This document shows positions 59,874 to 64,000 of a stretch of 64,000 nucleotides of DNA, one piece after another (the first letter of the stretch is position 1; each line of letters opens with the position of its first letter). The notes beneath the pieces are model-generated. The model saw nothing but the letters and a program-made list of their open reading frames with translations. It made no database searches and was not told the origin of the DNA. Both the position numbers and the translations under genes were made by a program. Source of the DNA: Candidatus Hydrogenedentota bacterium (GTDB lineage Bacteria > Hydrogenedentota > Hydrogenedentia > Hydrogenedentales > JAEUWI01); the NCBI GenBank assembly GCA_034669905.1, contig JAXMOL010000026.1, positions 34,612 through 98,611 of the forward strand, given 5' to 3'.

Positions 59874-60175
59874 CCCACAAAGCCACTCGTGATTCGCGTC
59901 TTTGAGAATGGCACCCTGTATGCGATGTGGATGTCGCGGGGTTGCCCTTGTGGAAACTGTGTGAGCCTTGTGGGCGGTGGTGGTGTTCGGGCTGAGCCTG
60001 GAGTTGTTCGCCGCGTTCATGATTCGGGATAACCTGGCCCTGAATGTGATTAACCTGGTCTACCCCTTTGAATTCATCGCGGACTGGCAGTCGGCGGCGT
60101 AGGTCGGGCTGGGGTTTGCTCCAAGGCCTACACCCACAAGGCCACTCGTGCCTCGCGTCTTTGAGGGTGGCACCC
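59874..60175 (+). repeat. Two copies of a 43-bp element (59874-59916 and 60133-60175)
   Basis: cccacaa.gccactcgtg..tcgcgtctttgag..tggcaccc, 5 mismatches between copies. Confidence 0.8.
59969..60102 (+). pseudogene. Duplicated 3' fragment of the DUF2585 gene
   Basis: 134-bp direct repeat of 59575-59708 with 10 mismatches, ending at the equivalent stop codon. Confidence 0.85.
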
Positions 60176-60215
60176 GCCGTCGGGTTCATGGTGCCGTCGC
60201 TTTAGGGTTCCGCCC

Positions 60216-62870
60216 TCACTCCCTCGGCTTATTCAACAGGTGCTTCAGGCGATACAACATGTCATGCGCCTCCCGTGGGGAAAGCGCATCCGGGTCGATT
60301 CCTTCAAGCTCTTGCTCTACCTTGCTGGGTTCGCCCATGGCGCTGGGGCCAAATAAATAGGTCTGCTCGGGAAGGCCGACGCCCGCCGTATTGCCCGACT
60401 CGAGCCCTTCCAGAATCTCCCGCGCGCGGGCCAGCAGGCTGGGGGGTAGGCCGGCCAGCTTGGCCACCTGGATGCCGTAGCTGTGGTCGGCGCCGCCGTC
60501 GATGATGCGGTAGAGGAAGATGACCTTGTCGCCGAGTTCGCGGACGGCCACGTTCACGTTTTTGGCGTGTTCGAGTTTGTTGCCGAGGTCGGTGAGCTCG
60601 TGGTAGTGGGTGGCGAAGAGGGCCTTGGACTTCAGGCGGTCGTGGATGAATTCGGCGACAGACCAGGCGATGCTGATGCCGTCGAAGGTGCTCGTGCCCC
60701 GTCCGATTTCGTCCAACACCAGGAGGCTGTTTTCCGTGGCCGAGTTGAGGATGTTGGCCGTCTCGATCATCTCGACCATAAAGGTACTCTCACCACGGAC
60801 GAGGTTGTCCGACGCGCCGACGCGGGTGAAGATACGGTCTACCACGCCGATGTTCGCCCGCGCCGCCGGCACAAAGCTGCCCATCTGGGCCATGAGCGTG
60901 ATGAGCGCCACCTGGCGGAGGTAGGTCGATTTACCCGCCATGTTGGGTCCCGTCACGATTTGCAGCGACGCGCCGTTCCGCTCGAGCCGCGTGTCGTTGG
61001 GCACGAAGTCGCCCCGGGGCATGAGGTCTTCCACCACGGGGTGACGGCCGTCCACAATGTCGATGTCGCCCTCTGTGTTCACCTGGGGCTTGGTGTAATT
61101 TTTCGTCACCGCCACCTCGGCGAGGGCCAGCAAAATATCGAGGGAGGCCAGGGCGTCCGCCGTCTGCTGGATGCGCTTCGATTCGGCGGCCACCCGCTGG
61201 CGTAGCGCCACGAAAAGCTGGTGCTCCAACGACTGCATTTTGTCCTGGGCCGTGAGGATTTCCTCCTCCCGCTCCTTCAGCTTCACCGTAATATAGCGCT
61301 CGGCATTCACCAGGGTCTGCTTACGCTCAAAGTCCTCTGGCACCAGGTGGGTGTTACCCTTGCTCACTTCCAGGTAATAGCCGAAGACCTTGTTGTAGCC
61401 CACCTTGAGATTGTTGATGCCCGTGCGCGCCCGTTCATCCGCCTGGAGGGTGGCAATCCAATCGCGGCCCCCGCGGACCAATCCATGGAGGCGGTCCAGC
61501 TCCGGGTCGTGGCCATCCTTAAAAATATTGCCCTCCATGATCGTGAGGGGCGGCTCATCCACAATGGCCGACTCGATCCATTCCGCCACATCGCTGAGGG
61601 GGTCGAGCAGTCCACGCAATTCCCGCAGCAACGCCGACTCCGTGGGCTCCAACGCGGCCAACACCGCCGGCAGGCGCGTAAGCGAAAGGCCGAGAGATTT
61701 CAGATCCCGCGCATTGCCCGACTGGGCCGTAAGGCGACCGAGCAGGCGCTCCAGATCGGCCACGCCTTTCAACGCATCCCGCAGCTCCATGCGCAATTGC
61801 GTGTTGTCAAAACATTCCTCCACGGCATTCAGCCGCGCCTGGATGGCATCCACCGCCAACAGGGGATGGAGTATCCACTGGCGGAGTTTGCGGCCGCCCA
61901 TGCTCGTGAGGGTCTTATCGAGGACGCCGAGCAAGGTTCCCCGCTTGGATTTCTCCGCGAGGGAGGTGATGAGTTCCAGGTTACGCTGGGTGTTGCCATC
62001 GAGGATGACAAAGCCCGAGGGATTGTAGCGGCGGGGCAATTGGAGATGGGGCACCCGGTCCCGCTGGGTCTCTTTCACATAGGTGAGGATAGCCCCCGCA
62101 CAGGCCGTGGCCGCCGGGGCATCATCCAGCCCCACGCCCTTCAAGGAACTGAGCTGGAAGAGCTCCGTAATCTGCTCACGACAATAGGTCGTTTCAAAAT
62201 CTTCATCGAGCCGCTGGGTAAACGACACCTCGGGAAAGCCATATTTGAGGCGCGCCAAAAGTTCCGGGTCCATAGCCCCCGGCACCAGGACCTCCACCGG
62301 CGCCACGCGGACCAGTTCATCCGTGAGGATGCGCTCCAGGCCCACGGCCAGCGCGCCCGCTTCGCCCTTCACCTCCGCCACGAGGAATTCGCCCGTGGAT
62401 ACATCGATAAACGACAGGCCGCCCACCGTGTGATTCGCCGTGATGGCGCCCAGGTAGTTGTTCGCCGATTCATCGAGCAGCTCGGGTTCCATGATGGTCC
62501 CCGGCGTCACCGTGCGGACGATCTCGCGCTTGACGATGCCCTTGACCGATTTCGGGTCTTCCATCTGCTCACAGATAGAGATGGTGCGGCCCAGTTTGAT
62601 GGCCTTGGCGATGTAATTGTCCACCGCACGGACCGGCACCCCCGCCATGGGGATACGCGCCGCCTTATCCGCACTATCCCGCGACGTGAGCGAAAGGCCG
62701 AGGATTTCGGCGGCCTCCACCGCATCCTCAAAGAAGAGCTCATAAAAGTCGCCCATCCGGAAAAAGAGGAGCGAATCCGGTGCCAACGCCTTGGCCTCCA
62801 TAAATTGGCGGACCATGGGCGTGACTTGTTTCGGGGTAACGTCGGCGAGTTTTATCCAGTTATCAGTCAT
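60216..62870 (-). CDS. mutS: DNA mismatch repair protein MutS
   Basis: TPMVRQF, FFRMGDFYELF, TGPNMAGKSTY, STFMVEM, DEIGRGTST, HSYGIQVA. Confidence 0.98.
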   Translation of the reverse strand: MTDNWIKLADVTPKQVTPMVRQFMEAKALAPDSLLFFRMGDFYELFFEDAVEAAEILGLSLTSRDSADKAARIPMAGVPVRAVDNYIAKAIKLGRTISICEQMEDPKSVKGIVKREIVRTVTPGTIMEPELLDESANNYLGAITANHTVGGLSFIDVSTGEFLVAEVKGEAGALAVGLERILTDELVRVAPVEVLVPGAMDPELLARLKYGFPEVSFTQRLDEDFETTYCREQITELFQLSSLKGVGLDDAPAATACAGAILTYVKETQRDRVPHLQLPRRYNPSGFVILDGNTQRNLELITSLAEKSKRGTLLGVLDKTLTSMGGRKLRQWILHPLLAVDAIQARLNAVEECFDNTQLRMELRDALKGVADLERLLGRLTAQSGNARDLKSLGLSLTRLPAVLAALEPTESALLRELRGLLDPLSDVAEWIESAIVDEPPLTIMEGNIFKDGHDPELDRLHGLVRGGRDWIATLQADERARTGINNLKVGYNKVFGYYLEVSKGNTHLVPEDFERKQTLVNAERYITVKLKEREEEILTAQDKMQSLEHQLFVALRQRVAAESKRIQQTADALASLDILLALAEVAVTKNYTKPQVNTEGDIDIVDGRHPVVEDLMPRGDFVPNDTRLERNGASLQIVTGPNMAGKSTYLRQVALITLMAQMGSFVPAARANIGVVDRIFTRVGASDNLVRGESTFMVEMIETANILNSATENSLLVLDEIGRGTSTFDGISIAWSVAEFIHDRLKSKALFATHYHELTDLGNKLEHAKNVNVAVRELGDKVIFLYRIIDGGADHSYGIQVAKLAGLPPSLLARAREILEGLESGNTAGVGLPEQTYLFGPSAMGEPSKVEQELEGIDPDALSPREAHDMLYRLKHLLNKPRE

Positions 62871-62987
62871 AGCGACGCATTATATAAGTTTGAGGGGATA
62901 AGTTAGAAGTTTGAAATGACAGCTCACCACTTCGTTTTGCGGTTTGTCCCGATTTATGCGAGGGTTCTCGAAGTTATTGCGTTTGAT

Positions 62988-63017
62988 TTTGTCGAAATGC
63001 GACAAATGACATAGAAT
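62988..63017 (+). promoter_or_regulatory. Sigma70 promoter overlapped by an inverted repeat
   Basis: TTGTCG-17 nt-TAGAAT; TTTGTCG-N5-CGACAAA overlaps the -35. Confidence 0.55.
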
Positions 63018-63051
63018 GGCTTACTCACACGATTTCCAGAGGCACTCATCT

Positions 63052-63540
63052 ATGATATTCCACTGCACCGAAAAAATGCGGAAGAAACTTCATCTTCCCC
63101 CGTTGACCCAGGTGGCCGACGAAACGGGGCCCCATCTGCGCTGGTATGTCAACGTATTCACCGCGCAGCGGGTGCAGTATGTGTTGACGACCAATGCGGC
63201 GTCGCTGCTGTCCGTGGTGCTGCCGGGCCGGGGGCTGACGGATGGTGCTGCCTATCAACGGGCCTTCCTGGAATCCTTGGGGACTTGCCTCGGGGAACTG
63301 GAACAGCGTTTGGTGTTTGAGCGGGTTATCCTTCCGGGAAGTGCGGCCGTTGTTTATTCGAAGACGGCGAATCGTTCGGTTCTTGGTACGATGAAGGAAA
63401 TGGCCTATGAGTGTTCCTATGGCATGGAATATCAGGGCATGGACGCGGGTGACGTGACCCGACGGTTGAACAAGACGCCCTATACGGCCAACAAATACAA
63501 GTATCCACGGGAGGTCTTCGCCAGCCTTTCGTTGCGGTAG
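63052..63540 (+). CDS. DUF6933-like hypothetical protein
   Basis: MIFHCTEKMRKKL, WYVNVF, KTANRSVLGTM, LNKTP...P.E.F. Confidence 0.65.
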   Translation: MIFHCTEKMRKKLHLPPLTQVADETGPHLRWYVNVFTAQRVQYVLTTNAASLLSVVLPGRGLTDGAAYQRAFLESLGTCLGELEQRLVFERVILPGSAAVVYSKTANRSVLGTMKEMAYECSYGMEYQGMDAGDVTRRLNKTPYTANKYKYPREVFASLSLR

Positions 63541-63551
63541 AGAATAAGTTC

Positions 63552-63996
63552 AGAATAGTGAATTTTGAATGGTGAATTGGACATCGGGCGTTCATTGGGG
63601 ATCGAGAGAGCAGACTGGGGTACCCCATGACGGAAAGCGTGGGGTCTTGGCGGGTCTTTGGGGCAGCGCGGTTGTTGTTTTTTCAGTCCAGACCACTACC
63701 GCCCCGAAGGGGCACCGCAGTTCAAAAGCCCAGAGCGATGAATTTAGAATGGTGAATTTTGAATTGAGAATTGAACACCGGGCGTCCACCGGGGATTGTG
63801 AGTGCAGAACCGGGTGCCCCATGACGGAAAGCGTGGGCTCATGGCGGCTCGTTGGGACAGCGCGGTTGCCGTCTTTTCGATCCAGACCACTACCGCCCCG
63901 AAGGGGCACCGCAGTTCAAAAGCCCAGAGCGATGAATTTAGAATGGTGAATTTTGAATTGAGAATTGAACACCGGGCGTCCACCGGGGATTGTGAG
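63552..63996 (+). repeat. Tandem repeat with a 194-bp period (about 2.3 units)
   Basis: Unit starts at 63552, 63746 and 63940; 63687-63802 is identical to 63881-63996; units contain GAATNNN heptamers and a gccccgaaggggc hairpin. Confidence 0.9.
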
Positions 63997-64000
63997 CTGA

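Noticed and set aside
59575..60102. Diversity-generating retroelement VR/TR pair
   Set aside because: Mismatches are not confined to adenines of one copy, and there is no reverse transcriptase in the window
61221..62906. 561-aa plus-strand ORF
   Set aside because: Antisense to mutS
63552..64000. CRISPR array, or coding ORFs in the terminal repeat
   Set aside because: The whole 194-bp unit repeats with no unique spacers and no cas genes; the ORFs merely translate the repeat

Overview
High-GC bacterial chromosomal window, densely coding, with no rRNA, tRNA, CRISPR array or transposase that I can support. The gene content (planctomycete-type DUF1501/DUF1549/DUF1553/PSCyt genes, Hanks kinase-WD40, V/A-ATPase, alternative complex III) suggests a PVC-like or Candidatus Hydrogenedentes-like lineage; this is an inference. 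From left to right: a sugar-phosphate isomerase; a two-component set whose sensor has an ETR1-type ethylene-binding domain; a Tat-exported dimethylformamidase-beta-like protein; yebC; a complete V/A-type ATP synthase operon (G-I-K-E-C-F-A-B-D plus a coupled PTS EIIA gene), transcribed divergently from an alternative complex III + SCO + caa3 oxidase operon; thioredoxin, Sfp-type PPTase and a CheY-like gene; a DUF1501-PPC-DUF1549/1553-coiled coil-PSCyt/WD40 operon behind a structured leader; PilZ, a lipoprotein and an Sm/Hfq-like ORF; a membrane Ser/Thr kinase-WD40 gene divergent from a TPR/Ig/CsgG lipoprotein, a FadL-like barrel and an FHA-sigma54 activator; a lower-GC cargo island preceded by a candidate enhancer and sigma54 promoter; DUF2585 with a duplicated 3' end among REP-like elements; mutS; a DUF6933-like gene; and a 194-bp tandem repeat. 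The best leads are the ethylene-type sensor, the putative trans-envelope kinase/FHA-sigma54 signalling system with its cargo island, the structured leader RNA, and a mirror-image C/A versus G/T synonymous skew around the island. Domain names are from motif recognition only; no database searches were run.
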